Positions 9,073 through 19,164 of a DNA stretch of 44,387 bases are shown in pieces. The DNA lies in the IMG/VR virus record IMGVR_UViG_3300027419_000052, positions 1-44,387 of that record; one strand, 5' to 3'. The notes beneath the pieces were generated by a model. That model saw only the letters and a list, made by a program, of their open reading frames with translations. It was not told the origin of the DNA and ran no database searches. Origin of the DNA: a virus. Lineage: Duplodnaviria; Caudoviricetes. The number at the start of each line of letters is the position of its first letter. Within the stretch, counting starts at the first letter, position 1. The translations under genes and the position numbers were made by a program.

Positions 9073-9318
9073 ATGACAGATTGTGAAAAAAAGAAGATTG
9101 CTGAGCATATATTCACAGCAGTCTGTACGGCAATAATAGTCACTATTGCAACGGCAATTTTAAAGATACCTATAGGATTTTCCCAGCGTGTTTCGGCTAT
9201 GGAGGACAGACAGACAAAACTGGAGTCCCAGCAAGTATTTATTCGTGATGATCTTACGAAATTAAATGGAAACGTAGAATATCTGATCAGATTACATATC
9301 AGACAAGGAGTCAAGTAA
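9073..9318 (+). CDS. Single-TM plus coiled-coil protein (holin/antiholin-like)
   Basis: AGGAG SD; one hydrophobic helix then a heptad pattern. Confidence 0.6.
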   Translation: MTDCEKKKIAEHIFTAVCTAIIVTIATAILKIPIGFSQRVSAMEDRQTKLESQQVFIRDDLTKLNGNVEYLIRLHIRQGVK

Positions 9319-10304
9319 TGTACGTAGAAAAAGGCGAAGCAAAAACATTTGCGTATACAGCGTATTCAGATAGTGGAAGCGTTATGGATCTTACCGGCTA
9401 TTCGATCACATTAACAGTTTCTAGGGACCTGAATGTCGATTCTCCAATTATTACAAGAAATGCTTCAATTGTCAGCGCCAGTGCTGGAACTTTTACGCTA
9501 TCTATCACTGCAAATGAGACTGTTTCTCTTGAAAAAAACTACTATCCCTATAAGATCGTTCTGTCTAAGGACGGAATAACTACGTTATTTGAGGTCGGGA
9601 TGTTCAACGTTCTTACTCATCTCAGTCGATGGGAATGGTACTTGGATATTTTTACAGGGGTAACTCTTTCTTCAATCCGTAATGCGGTTAAGAAAATGCT
9701 CAGGTATGACGACTGGGAAGACGAAGATCTTGATATGTGGATAAATAACAGTATAGAAAAATACTGCGAAAATACTGCCTTGACAAGTTCGTATGCTATT
9801 ACCAGCACAGTATATAACAAGTATGTTTATAATCTGCCGGTCCTTATTTTGGACGTAGAAGAAGTTTATTACGAATCTGTATTAAATTCCGATGAATGGA
9901 GAATGATGACCAAAGGAACCGAATGGGACATGATCGACGAACAACTGGTATTTTATTCATCCGCATCAGTAGAGTCTGATACGAACGGGCATATTAAAGG
10001 CGGATACAGGATAAAGCTCGTTGGTAAGAAATATGCGCAGCCATTAGTTGTGGACGCTGACTATCTGGAGTGCCCAAAAGGAAGCGACAGAGCTATTGTA
10101 GATTATGCTGTCTATCTGGTTAAGAAAGAGGATAGAGCAGACGCCGGGGAGCGAGACACTTTCAAATTGGACTATGCTGAAAATGCGAAAGAAAAAAAGA
10201 ATAGGCACTCAGTTCGCAACTCAAAACCATTCTGTTTGGGATACCGAAATGCAGATGTAATAGGCGGCAGATATTCGGGAACTGATCCGCTGAATAGGCT
10301 ATAG
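9318..10304 (+). CDS. Head-tail adaptor-like protein with N-terminal BppU-like beta domain
   Basis: N-terminal DLTGYSITL...GTFTLSITANET pattern; C-terminal part TLSSIRNAV...DLDMWINNS...AIVDYAVYL resembles podovirus adaptors. Confidence 0.6.
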   Translation: MYVEKGEAKTFAYTAYSDSGSVMDLTGYSITLTVSRDLNVDSPIITRNASIVSASAGTFTLSITANETVSLEKNYYPYKIVLSKDGITTLFEVGMFNVLTHLSRWEWYLDIFTGVTLSSIRNAVKKMLRYDDWEDEDLDMWINNSIEKYCENTALTSSYAITSTVYNKYVYNLPVLILDVEEVYYESVLNSDEWRMMTKGTEWDMIDEQLVFYSSASVESDTNGHIKGGYRIKLVGKKYAQPLVVDADYLECPKGSDRAIVDYAVYLVKKEDRADAGERDTFKLDYAENAKEKKNRHSVRNSKPFCLGYRNADVIGGRYSGTDPLNRL

Positions 10305-10305
10305 T

Positions 10306-10527
10306 ATGGTTTCTGGAAAGGGCTATAAAAAAACAGATTCAGAATCATGGCACTCGGATAGGTATCTGAATAAAGCTAACATAAATGTAACGACGGATGG
10401 ATCAAAAGTCTATATTGAATACATGGGTAAGAGCTTTGAAATGACAGGAACTCCATCCGGATATTTTTTAATGGAAACTGGAGATTTTGCGTTATCAGAG
10501 GCTGGAAACAAAATACTTCTCGAATAG
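10306..10527 (+). CDS. Small putative virion protein
   Basis: Tightly packed; C-terminal LMETGDFALSEAGNKILLE (LxxExG repeat) of the kind seen before tail fibre genes. Confidence 0.6.
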   Translation: MVSGKGYKKTDSESWHSDRYLNKANINVTTDGSKVYIEYMGKSFEMTGTPSGYFLMETGDFALSEAGNKILLE

Positions 10528-10536
10528 GAGAGAGCA

Positions 10537-13500
10537 ATGGCAGATGAAAAAATAAGCGCCTGGAGCGATCCAAGTGCTCTTGACGGAACTGAAGTAGTAG
10601 CTGGAATTCAGTCTGGCACTAATGTAAAAATACCGACACAGGATATAGCTAATCTCGCGACCAAGACGAGTGTCGGCTTAAGCAATGTTACGAACCATGT
10701 GCAGTTTAAGGCAAGTGACGTCGATACAGATGGAACTCTTGCTGCGAATAGTGACACAAAAGTTCCCTCTCAAAAAGCAATCGTTACGTATGTAGCTGCT
10801 CAGCTTACGTCAGCGGGAGTAGTAACAGCTTCTTCTACTACTACTTTTACTAATAAAACTATAGACGCCAATGGTACAGGAAACTCGATATCGAATCTTG
10901 AGACAGAGGATTTTGCCGAGGATGTTATCGATACTGATACGTCTCTTACGGCTGATAGCGATACGAGAATACCTTCTCAAAGGGCCGTCAAAGCGTATGT
11001 AGATACTAAAGAAGATGCTCTTGGTTTCGCTCCAGTACCTGATACTAGAACAGTAAATGGTCACGCGCTATCGGCGAATGTCACTGTATCAAAGTCCGAT
11101 GTAGGACTGGGATCAGTAGACAATGTTCAGCAGATGCCACTATCGTATCTTGATACTGATGCAACAATGTCGGCTAATAGCGATGTTAAAGTTCCGTCTC
11201 AGAAAGCGGTAGTTTCATATATTGTAAATAATGGAGGTATGACTGCCTCTTCAACAAATACTTTGACGAACAAGACGATTGATGCCAATGGCACAGGCAA
11301 TTCCATAACGAATCTGGAAACTGCAGATTTTGCTTCAGGAGTAATAAGCACGAACACTGGTCTTGGAACCAGTGATACGGTTCTTCCTACACAAAAAGCT
11401 GTTAAGACTTATGTAGACACAAGAGATGGAATTAAATATTGTGGAATTGTAACTCTTCCTACCTTAACGGCTGATCTTGAAAATGAAAAAGTCTATATAG
11501 GATCTGGAGTGCATAATATATATGCTGCTGGAAGACTAGAACAGATAACTGCGGCAGGATCGGTATCTGGAGAAGTGCTTTCGTCTGGACTTAATTATGT
11601 AGTAGGGGGAACAGGAAATCTGTATTACATAACTACCGATGTCAGTGTTATTAACTGTACGTCAGTTATTCCAGTCTATACGCTATACTGGGATGGAGCA
11701 GAACTTCATACTATAAACTGGGATAATCCTGGTACGAATATGCCAGAAAAGCTATTTTTGAGACTGGTTAAAACAGAAAGATTCGTAAGAGAATCGGGAT
11801 TGTCTCTCGGAGAAGTAGCTACGAATAAGATAACTATTTCGTCAGGAGTTATGTGGTATGGAGTCACTCAAAAGTCTCTTGATGCGCTAGAATCAGGAGC
11901 AGTTGGTACGGGCGTATTTTTATACGTGAATACTTCTGGAACCTGGTCTTCAAGTGCAATAACAGCATACAACAATACTCAATATAATGGACTTGCCGGT
12001 CTTGCTACTTTAGGTGCTAACCGGTATGCGGTAAACTGGGTGTTCAGAGGAATAGAAGACGAGGCTCATGCATACGTTGTTTTAGGAACTGGAGATTACA
12101 CATTGGCGCAGGCTGAAGCGGCAGTAGTTCCGGCTCTTCCGGATGTGATATCGCGTCATGCAATATTAGTAGGAAGAATTATAGTTCAGAAATCCGCAGC
12201 TACCGCAACAAGCATAGAGAGCGCATTTGCAGAAACTTTTATTGGTGCAGGTGTAGATAATCATAATGATCTATCCAATAGAGATGCAGTAGGAAACCAT
12301 CAAAAATTATCTCCGTCTTCAGATTCTACTACAGCCATTCAAATTACAAAAGCAGATGGAACAACCGCCTGCCTAACAGTCGATACTTCAAACAATAAAG
12401 TGACCGTTAATGAGATAGTAGCCACTACTGTTACAGGAGATGTGATCAAGAAAACGACTGATGTGACAGCAATAAACGATACTGGAATTGCGGACGGGGA
12501 AATCTGTGTTTTCAATAAGACAAACAAGGATATCAGAAGTTCGGATATGACATTTGTCACCACTCTTGATTCAGCGAGCGACGTTAAGATACCGACTTGT
12601 AAGGCCGTAGACGACTACGCAGAAACATACTATATAAAGCAGGCTACAAACGTCACTACGATAAACGATACTGGAATTGCGGATGGAGAAATAGCTGTCT
12701 TCAATTTATCGAACAAGGATATCAGAACGTCGAACGTAGACATCTCTACGGACGGAACGCTTGGCGATAATGCGGATACTTCTATTCCGACAGAGAAAGC
12801 AGTGAAGACCTATGCGGACACGAAGTCCACAGCGTCAAAGTCTGAGACCCTGACGAACAAGACTATCGACGCCAATGGAACTGGAAATTCAATATCCAAT
12901 TTGGAGACAGCCGATTTTGCTCCGAATGTTATAGATACAGATAATACGCTAGCTGCTGATAGTGATACCAGACTAGCAACTCAGAAGGCCGTAAAATCAT
13001 TTGTCAATGGAAAACCGGCTATAGCTGCGTTTTCTTCTGGAGCTGCAGCTGATTCGATTATACTGAATGGTGGAACTTCGGCCTCTCTAGTAAATACGGC
13101 ATATGAGAATATAATAGCTGGATACAATGCCGGATACGGTCTTACTACAGGAGACAGCAATACCTTTCTAGGGTATCAGGCTGGATATACAGTCAGTACG
13201 CAAGCCCGAAACGTTTTTATCGGAAAAAATGCAGGGTACTATTCTACAGCAAGTGACGAGTTTTATTTACACAATGGTCTTGGATCGATCGCGAATACTA
13301 CAGAAGAAAAAGCAAAGTCGCTTATGTATGGTACCTTTAATGCTACCGCCTCTTCTCAAACACTGAGATTGAATGCAGCGGTTTCTATTATGGGAGCATA
13401 TACGCTTCCAGTAGCGGATGGAACTGGAAATTATGTTCTATCCACTAATGGATCTGGAACTGTAAGTTGGGTAGCTCCGGGAACGCCTACTGACGGATCT

Positions 13501-13986
13501 ATAACGCTGGCCAAGTTAGCGAATCTTGCTAACTTGACATTTATAGGTAGAATAACAGCCGGTACAGGAGTTCCGGAAGCCGTAACGGCTGCGCAACTGG
13601 CGGGTTCTATTCCGCACAATGTGATCGTCCAAGTTTTTGCAGGAGCAACTGACGTCGCTACAGGAGACGGGAAAGCGTATTTCACTATTCCGGATACTCT
13701 TAATGGCTACAATCTTTCTGCCGTTCACGCAAGAGTTATAACTGCCGGAACAACAAATACGACTGATATTCAAATAGCAAATGTCACGGATAGCGTTGAC
13801 ATGCTTTCAACAAAACTGACTATCGACAGTACTGAGACGGGTAGTGATACGGCAGCTACCGCTGCAGTCATAGACACTACCAAAGACGATGTTGCAACAA
13901 ACGATCTTATAAGAATAGATGTCGATGCGGTATCTACTACAGCTCCAAAAGGACTGATCGTGCGATTGCAGTTTGTCAAGCCATGA
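10537..13986 (+). CDS. Tail fibre/spike protein with internal repeats
   Basis: 1149 aa, Thr/Ala/Ser-rich; three TNKTIDANGTGNS repeats; recurring SDxxxPxQKAVxxYV motif; GYNAG/GYQAG repeats. Confidence 0.85.
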   Translation: MADEKISAWSDPSALDGTEVVAGIQSGTNVKIPTQDIANLATKTSVGLSNVTNHVQFKASDVDTDGTLAANSDTKVPSQKAIVTYVAAQLTSAGVVTASSTTTFTNKTIDANGTGNSISNLETEDFAEDVIDTDTSLTADSDTRIPSQRAVKAYVDTKEDALGFAPVPDTRTVNGHALSANVTVSKSDVGLGSVDNVQQMPLSYLDTDATMSANSDVKVPSQKAVVSYIVNNGGMTASSTNTLTNKTIDANGTGNSITNLETADFASGVISTNTGLGTSDTVLPTQKAVKTYVDTRDGIKYCGIVTLPTLTADLENEKVYIGSGVHNIYAAGRLEQITAAGSVSGEVLSSGLNYVVGGTGNLYYITTDVSVINCTSVIPVYTLYWDGAELHTINWDNPGTNMPEKLFLRLVKTERFVRESGLSLGEVATNKITISSGVMWYGVTQKSLDALESGAVGTGVFLYVNTSGTWSSSAITAYNNTQYNGLAGLATLGANRYAVNWVFRGIEDEAHAYVVLGTGDYTLAQAEAAVVPALPDVISRHAILVGRIIVQKSAATATSIESAFAETFIGAGVDNHNDLSNRDAVGNHQKLSPSSDSTTAIQITKADGTTACLTVDTSNNKVTVNEIVATTVTGDVIKKTTDVTAINDTGIADGEICVFNKTNKDIRSSDMTFVTTLDSASDVKIPTCKAVDDYAETYYIKQATNVTTINDTGIADGEIAVFNLSNKDIRTSNVDISTDGTLGDNADTSIPTEKAVKTYADTKSTASKSETLTNKTIDANGTGNSISNLETADFAPNVIDTDNTLAADSDTRLATQKAVKSFVNGKPAIAAFSSGAAADSIILNGGTSASLVNTAYENIIAGYNAGYGLTTGDSNTFLGYQAGYTVSTQARNVFIGKNAGYYSTASDEFYLHNGLGSIANTTEEKAKSLMYGTFNATASSQTLRLNAAVSIMGAYTLPVADGTGNYVLSTNGSGTVSWVAPGTPTDGSITLAKLANLANLTFIGRITAGTGVPEAVTAAQLAGSIPHNVIVQVFAGATDVATGDGKAYFTIPDTLNGYNLSAVHARVITAGTTNTTDIQIANVTDSVDMLSTKLTIDSTETGSDTAATAAVIDTTKDDVATNDLIRIDVDAVSTTAPKGLIVRLQFVKP

Positions 13987-15287
13987 TAGAGAATAAAAAT
14001 CAAAGAACCTACGAATCTGCTCTGTACGAGGATTCTGGAAAACTGATCCGGAGAATACACGCAGGGCATATTCACTACAAGAATGATCTTCTCGTTGGAG
14101 ACGGTGACGATTCTACGCTTAGAAAAGTAGATAGCACTCTTATAAGAGACGATATCTTCGGCGGATGGTATTTTGAATACAACAGTTTCCATCCGTGGAT
14201 ACCGGATTATGCGGATGACTGGATAGAGTTCAACGATGTTTTTGAAGGGAAAAATCAAACAGTAAGATATAAGCCCCTATGCCAGCATATCAAAGGACAG
14301 CTCATCAACAACGAAGTTTTATATGAGAATGCTTTTGGACCTGGAATAGATCTTCTTGTCTACCCTACAAGGAGTCAATTAAAAAAAGAAGTTATTATTC
14401 GAGAAGCAGTTAAGGAAAATAAAGAATACCAGTTTGATTTTGAACTTGAAATTCCTAGTGCGATAGTTCTTGACTGCGTGAGTGACGATACCAGTAGAAC
14501 GCATATCAAGCCTATTTTATGCTGGGATGATAAGAGACAAAGCAGAACACCATACAAGTTTGTGTGGGTCGACGGACGTAGAATTCTGCGAAAAATAGTG
14601 ACTGCCGAATTTATGTCAGGTAGTTTTGGAGACGTACATACTGATACGACTACAAGCTATTATGCCGGAGCAGGAGATGGATCGATCTATGGACAGGGAG
14701 CTTCTGGAGCTTCATGGCAAACTACCAGAGACATGTCTACCGGGACAGCAGCGTATCCGTCAAATGCCACAGTAACGATACAAAATCAGTACTACAACGG
14801 TCCGATTTGGACATTCAGCAGAGGGTATCTTCCGGTTAATACTGCCGCAGTTCCAGATGATGCAGTCATATCGCAGATAGACGTAAAAGTTTATTTCTTT
14901 TCATCCGGAGTTGTAAATACAGGCAGCAACGGAACTATAAAACTTGTTACAGAAACTCAGGCTTCTACGGATACCTTAACGACCAGCGATTACAGTGCTA
15001 TAAACTCGACTGAATATGCGAGCGTGAATCTTTCTGCTATTACTGGAAATGGATATAAAACTTTTACATCCTCAGATAATAGCATTATAAGTAAGACCGG
15101 ATATACAAAGTTCGGTCTAAGAACAGGACTTGATCAAGCTAATTCTGCACCTACAGGATGGACAGACGGGCAAGGACACAAAGTAAATTTTGCTGCATCA
15201 GAGACCGCTAGTACTACTTCAGATCCATATGTCGATATTACGTATACAGTTCCAGATGCGTTTGTTCCGATAGTTATATTCATGTAA
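13983..15287 (+). CDS. Tail-associated protein with C-terminal DNRLRE/CBM-like domain
   Basis: ATGA overlap; SRGYLPVNTAAVPDDAVIS and PYVDITY patterns. Confidence 0.6.
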   Translation: MIENKNQRTYESALYEDSGKLIRRIHAGHIHYKNDLLVGDGDDSTLRKVDSTLIRDDIFGGWYFEYNSFHPWIPDYADDWIEFNDVFEGKNQTVRYKPLCQHIKGQLINNEVLYENAFGPGIDLLVYPTRSQLKKEVIIREAVKENKEYQFDFELEIPSAIVLDCVSDDTSRTHIKPILCWDDKRQSRTPYKFVWVDGRRILRKIVTAEFMSGSFGDVHTDTTTSYYAGAGDGSIYGQGASGASWQTTRDMSTGTAAYPSNATVTIQNQYYNGPIWTFSRGYLPVNTAAVPDDAVISQIDVKVYFFSSGVVNTGSNGTIKLVTETQASTDTLTTSDYSAINSTEYASVNLSAITGNGYKTFTSSDNSIISKTGYTKFGLRTGLDQANSAPTGWTDGQGHKVNFAASETASTTSDPYVDITYTVPDAFVPIVIFM

Positions 15288-15297
15288 AGAGGAAAAT

Positions 15298-17097
15298 ATG
15301 TCAAGAGAGTCAAACGAAAAAGTTTACATAGATAATCTCATGAATAAAGGGATCAATACATTTGATCCCCCGAGGAATCTTCCAGACGGGCAATGTGCGG
15401 ATGTTAGCAATATGCGCATGAAACCCACTGGAGGAGTCACAACTGCTAAGGCTCCTGGAGAAGTTGTGGAAGTAAGCTCCACATACATTACTCCAAGAGG
15501 CGGGAAATACTACAAGACCTATGTTTCTGGAACGCTTAAAGAATATATTGTAGTTGCACTTGATAGCGGAACTGCAACTAAGGTTTTTGCTGTTACGTAT
15601 AGTGGATCGACTGTCTATGAATTGACCGGATCTACTTTTACTACTGGAAAAAGAGTTTATTTTGATATCAACGACAATAAAATTTACTGGCACTTAGAGG
15701 GAGAGGATAACGTCTATTATTGGGACGGTGACAGCACTGATCTGGCATATTCAACTCTCGTAGCTGCCGGAGGCACGATTCCAACTGGAGCTAAAGGACT
15801 GGTAGGATGGATGGGAAGAATATGGCTGTTCAATACAGCCGCTAATCCCACAGAAATAGTTGGATCTGCATACCGGGATGCCGATTACTGGAACGACGTA
15901 TCAGGAAACTCCCTCGGTGACAGAGCTTATAAAGCGGTCATAGACGGTGCTTATGACGACGAGATCGAAGCAGTCGTTCCGAATGTGTGGAATACAACTG
16001 CCATTATCAGAACAAATAGCATTTGGGTTTTTGTTGGAACTGATGAAACCGACTGGACTCTCAAGCCGGTTAATACCAAATATGGAACTATTGCTCCTGC
16101 AAGCTGCGTAAGAGGAAATGATTCCGTTTGGTTTCTTTCCCCGTATGGAGTCAAGCAATTATCCGGAAGCAGTGAAGTGAGCGACGCTAATAGATACGAC
16201 ACTATCTTAACGACGAGTGTTACATGGGGGATCAGAGACAAGTTCGATGAATATACTGACGCTGAAAAGCAGGCAGCTTTTGCCTGCATGTGGGAAGACA
16301 CTTATCGTCTTAATATCGGAGGGGATGTTTGGGCGTATGATCTCGTTGCCAATAATGGCGAAGGAGCTCTTACGTATCTCGGTAATGAAGGGTCTCTAGG
16401 TGCTTATATCGAGTCTCCAAAAAGATTGTATGGCGTAGGAGCATCTGACGGAACTCTATATATCTGTGAGACGGAGTATGACTCACTAGCAAGATATTCT
16501 ACGAAAGAAATAGATTTTTCGGCTCCGGATTTTACGAAGAACATAAACGAAATAAGGATCTATGGAAAACTCTACGGGGCGTATCCTATCTACTGCGACT
16601 ACTACTTGAACGGGGAAGAGGAAAAGGCCGGGACATTTCCGATCTATCTCGAAACAGGAACTGCGGCAAGTTATTACATATTTGATTCTGGAGATTCAAC
16701 TTCAGTAGCCGCAGGTGAATTGGCTGACACCACAAAGACTTGGACAGCCAACGATTTTGTAGGAGGAGTTCTTTGCGATAGTGCCGGGACGTTCTTCGAT
16801 ATTTTGGCAAATAGCACTACAACTATAACTGTATCAGGAACTCCTGCATCTGGAGCATACATTCTAGCACCAAATAGAAACTGCTTTTATACTGCCCCAG
16901 GAGATGAGGAAGAAGATTGGGCGAGTTTTTATACCACTTCTACCACTCTGTATGATTCTGGAGTGAATGCAAAGCTAAGATGTGAAAGCATTCGACTTGT
17001 TTTCAGAAATGCTAATAATGACGAGCCCTTTGATATATACAAGTTCCAGATAAGATATGAACTTACAAAACATAAGAGCCTAGGAGCTCGAACTTAA
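15298..17097 (+). CDS. Tail nozzle / tubular protein B-like (P22 gp10 / T7 gp12 type)
   Basis: 599 aa; N-terminal GINTFDPP...NMR; beta-propeller-like GRIWLF, YGTIAP and VWFLSPYGV; position in the tail module. Confidence 0.75.
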   Translation: MSRESNEKVYIDNLMNKGINTFDPPRNLPDGQCADVSNMRMKPTGGVTTAKAPGEVVEVSSTYITPRGGKYYKTYVSGTLKEYIVVALDSGTATKVFAVTYSGSTVYELTGSTFTTGKRVYFDINDNKIYWHLEGEDNVYYWDGDSTDLAYSTLVAAGGTIPTGAKGLVGWMGRIWLFNTAANPTEIVGSAYRDADYWNDVSGNSLGDRAYKAVIDGAYDDEIEAVVPNVWNTTAIIRTNSIWVFVGTDETDWTLKPVNTKYGTIAPASCVRGNDSVWFLSPYGVKQLSGSSEVSDANRYDTILTTSVTWGIRDKFDEYTDAEKQAAFACMWEDTYRLNIGGDVWAYDLVANNGEGALTYLGNEGSLGAYIESPKRLYGVGASDGTLYICETEYDSLARYSTKEIDFSAPDFTKNINEIRIYGKLYGAYPIYCDYYLNGEEEKAGTFPIYLETGTAASYYIFDSGDSTSVAAGELADTTKTWTANDFVGGVLCDSAGTFFDILANSTTTITVSGTPASGAYILAPNRNCFYTAPGDEEEDWASFYTTSTTLYDSGVNAKLRCESIRLVFRNANNDEPFDIYKFQIRYELTKHKSLGART

Positions 17098-17107
17098 GGA
17101 GGAAAAA

Positions 17108-17734
17108 ATGTCAAGTTTTGAAGTGCCGAATACGCTAGCCGCCTCGACGAAGACCAGTAAGAAAGGTGTCGATGCTCTTAAGCTCAAGGCAAATTTTGAT
17201 CGAACAAAGACCGAGTGGACTGCAGGTACCAATACGGACTTTTTTGTTGATCAGGCAAAGATCAACCAACTAGGAACCTCATTATCAGGTTCTGAGTCTA
17301 TGACCGTGGGAACTACGAATAAGACGACCTATTACGGCGATATTGAAAACTGCACTGGAGTTGTCGATGTCTATGAGTTCATAGTGACATATCCGTATGC
17401 TGCGGATAATATCCGGGAACTCGACATAGCTTATTCAGGAACGATAGAAGAAATCTCGGCTGTTTTCGGAAAGACAACTTCTCCGTACAGTTCTGACGTC
17501 AATATACAAGTAGGTGGATATTCAGGCGGATCCTGGAGTGGAACTACCGTTAAAGATCTCACTGGTGACACCTATACTTTCGCTGACTTGGACACTACAA
17601 GGGTCACGAAATCCACCATAGAGGTAGGAAGTGCTGTTTCTGAAGGGCAGCAACTTGCTCTGTCTATTAAAGCTATAGACGCTTCTGCTGCGCCAGAGCG
17701 TCTGTTCGTAAGAATAAAGATAAAGAGGTCATAA
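17108..17734 (+). CDS. Putative virion protein
   Basis: AAGGAGG SD; C-terminus resembles the tail fibre's C-terminal domain (LALSIKAID...LFVRIKIKR vs IRIDVDAV...LIVRLQFVK). Confidence 0.65.
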   Translation: MSSFEVPNTLAASTKTSKKGVDALKLKANFDRTKTEWTAGTNTDFFVDQAKINQLGTSLSGSESMTVGTTNKTTYYGDIENCTGVVDVYEFIVTYPYAADNIRELDIAYSGTIEEISAVFGKTTSPYSSDVNIQVGGYSGGSWSGTTVKDLTGDTYTFADLDTTRVTKSTIEVGSAVSEGQQLALSIKAIDASAAPERLFVRIKIKRS

Positions 17735-18685
17735 ATGATCATTGTTTCGCAGGACGATACTAATCAAAGAATCTTCGGATCAGGAGCTGACGGAAGCGTA
17801 TCTGTCACCGGTACCGTAGATATAAAAGACCTATATGAAAACGACTCTGTTTCCGGAGTAACGACCTATAGAGGAGTTGGAAAGGGTCTTAATCATGGCG
17901 CAGGAAGCTACCAGCCAATTCTTAATAAGGACTCCAATACAGCGGAAGGGGTTCCTAATTGTGTAAATTTCACAGTAGAGGATGGAGCTGTTTTAACGTG
18001 CACTGCGCTCGGAACTGGATCTGACACTGCAAATGGAGTCATATGGATAGCAGCTACAAATCAGATAACTATAACTGGGACTGTGCAATTATCTGGGAAA
18101 GGATTCTCTGGAGGAACTAGAGCTGCCTCGCAGTTGACAGACGGAAATCCCGGATACGGTCCTGGTCACGGCAATGGAAGCAATGGAATAAATGCCGGAG
18201 CTAGCGGAGCAGGCTATTCTCAGACAGGTGGTGGCGGATCATACGGAGGAGCAATTCCTGGAGGTTCAACATACGGAACAACTGGCATTGCTACTTCAAC
18301 GTGGGATAATATATACGGATCTGGTGGAGGATCGGGCTACAGGGGATCAGATCCCTCAAATAGCAATCCCGGAGGAGCAGGAGGAGGAGCTCTAAGACTA
18401 TACGGGATAAGATTTTATATGACGGGAACGATAGAGTGTGATGGAGAAAATGGTGTAAATGGAAATTCCTCTGGTGCATCGAACGGAGGATGGTCAGGCG
18501 GGGGATCAGGAGGAAGCGTTTTTATTCAAACAGTGACCCAGGCAGCAATAGGAAACAATCTTATTACTGCATCCGGAGGAACTTCAGGTGGTGCTGATCA
18601 ATTGGTAGGTGGAGCCGGAAGTCCTGGAAGAATTCATATCGAAGGAGCCTATACTGGATTCACTTCGGATCCGGCGATAGCATAA
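17735..18685 (+). CDS. Glycine-rich tail/receptor-binding accessory protein
   Basis: Multiple GSGGG/GGAGGG repeats and GGAGSPGRIHI. Confidence 0.75.
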   Translation: MIIVSQDDTNQRIFGSGADGSVSVTGTVDIKDLYENDSVSGVTTYRGVGKGLNHGAGSYQPILNKDSNTAEGVPNCVNFTVEDGAVLTCTALGTGSDTANGVIWIAATNQITITGTVQLSGKGFSGGTRAASQLTDGNPGYGPGHGNGSNGINAGASGAGYSQTGGGGSYGGAIPGGSTYGTTGIATSTWDNIYGSGGGSGYRGSDPSNSNPGGAGGGALRLYGIRFYMTGTIECDGENGVNGNSSGASNGGWSGGGSGGSVFIQTVTQAAIGNNLITASGGTSGGADQLVGGAGSPGRIHIEGAYTGFTSDPAIA

Positions 18686-18697
18686 GGAGGAAATAAA

Positions 18698-19156
18698 ATG
18701 GCAGTCAATTATTCAGATCTCTTAAATCCAACCCTTAAAGCTCAGTTTGAGCTAGGCATGGAAGCGCTGCAGCCGCTATTCGAGGAGCAGCGTGGAGCTA
18801 TCGGTTCGACTCTTGCAACTCGAGGCATCAGGAGAACAAGTGGAACGTCTTATCAAAACGCTTTATCAAAGCAGTTTTCTACTGAACAGACGCAAGCAGG
18901 GTCTATTCTAAGCACTATGCTGGGAGAGCAATTCACGGCAGACGAGGCTGAAACACAGAGAACTTGGCAGTCTGGAGAAAATAAACTAAATCGTGAAAAT
19001 GCTATTACACTGGCAAAGATCGCGGGAGAGTATAATCTGGCAGGAATTGAAACAAGCGCAGAAGCTGCAGAAAATGCTGCAGAAAAAGATATGCTTGGAA
19101 AAGGATTTTCTGGAATAGCATCAGTAGCAACAAAACTTATTCTCGGCGGTCTATAG
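18698..19156 (+). CDS. Putative ejection/pilot protein
   Basis: Ala/Gln-rich helical protein (AETQRTWQSGENKLNRE); first of three genes after the tail genes. Confidence 0.55.
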   Translation: MAVNYSDLLNPTLKAQFELGMEALQPLFEEQRGAIGSTLATRGIRRTSGTSYQNALSKQFSTEQTQAGSILSTMLGEQFTADEAETQRTWQSGENKLNRENAITLAKIAGEYNLAGIETSAEAAENAAEKDMLGKGFSGIASVATKLILGGL

Positions 19157-19164
19157 GAGGATTT

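Noticed and set aside
10537-18685. Diversity-generating retroelement acting on tail genes (GNA-loop hairpins, repeats)
   Set aside because: No reverse transcriptase and no TR/VR pair differing only at adenines; the repeats are in-frame protein repeats
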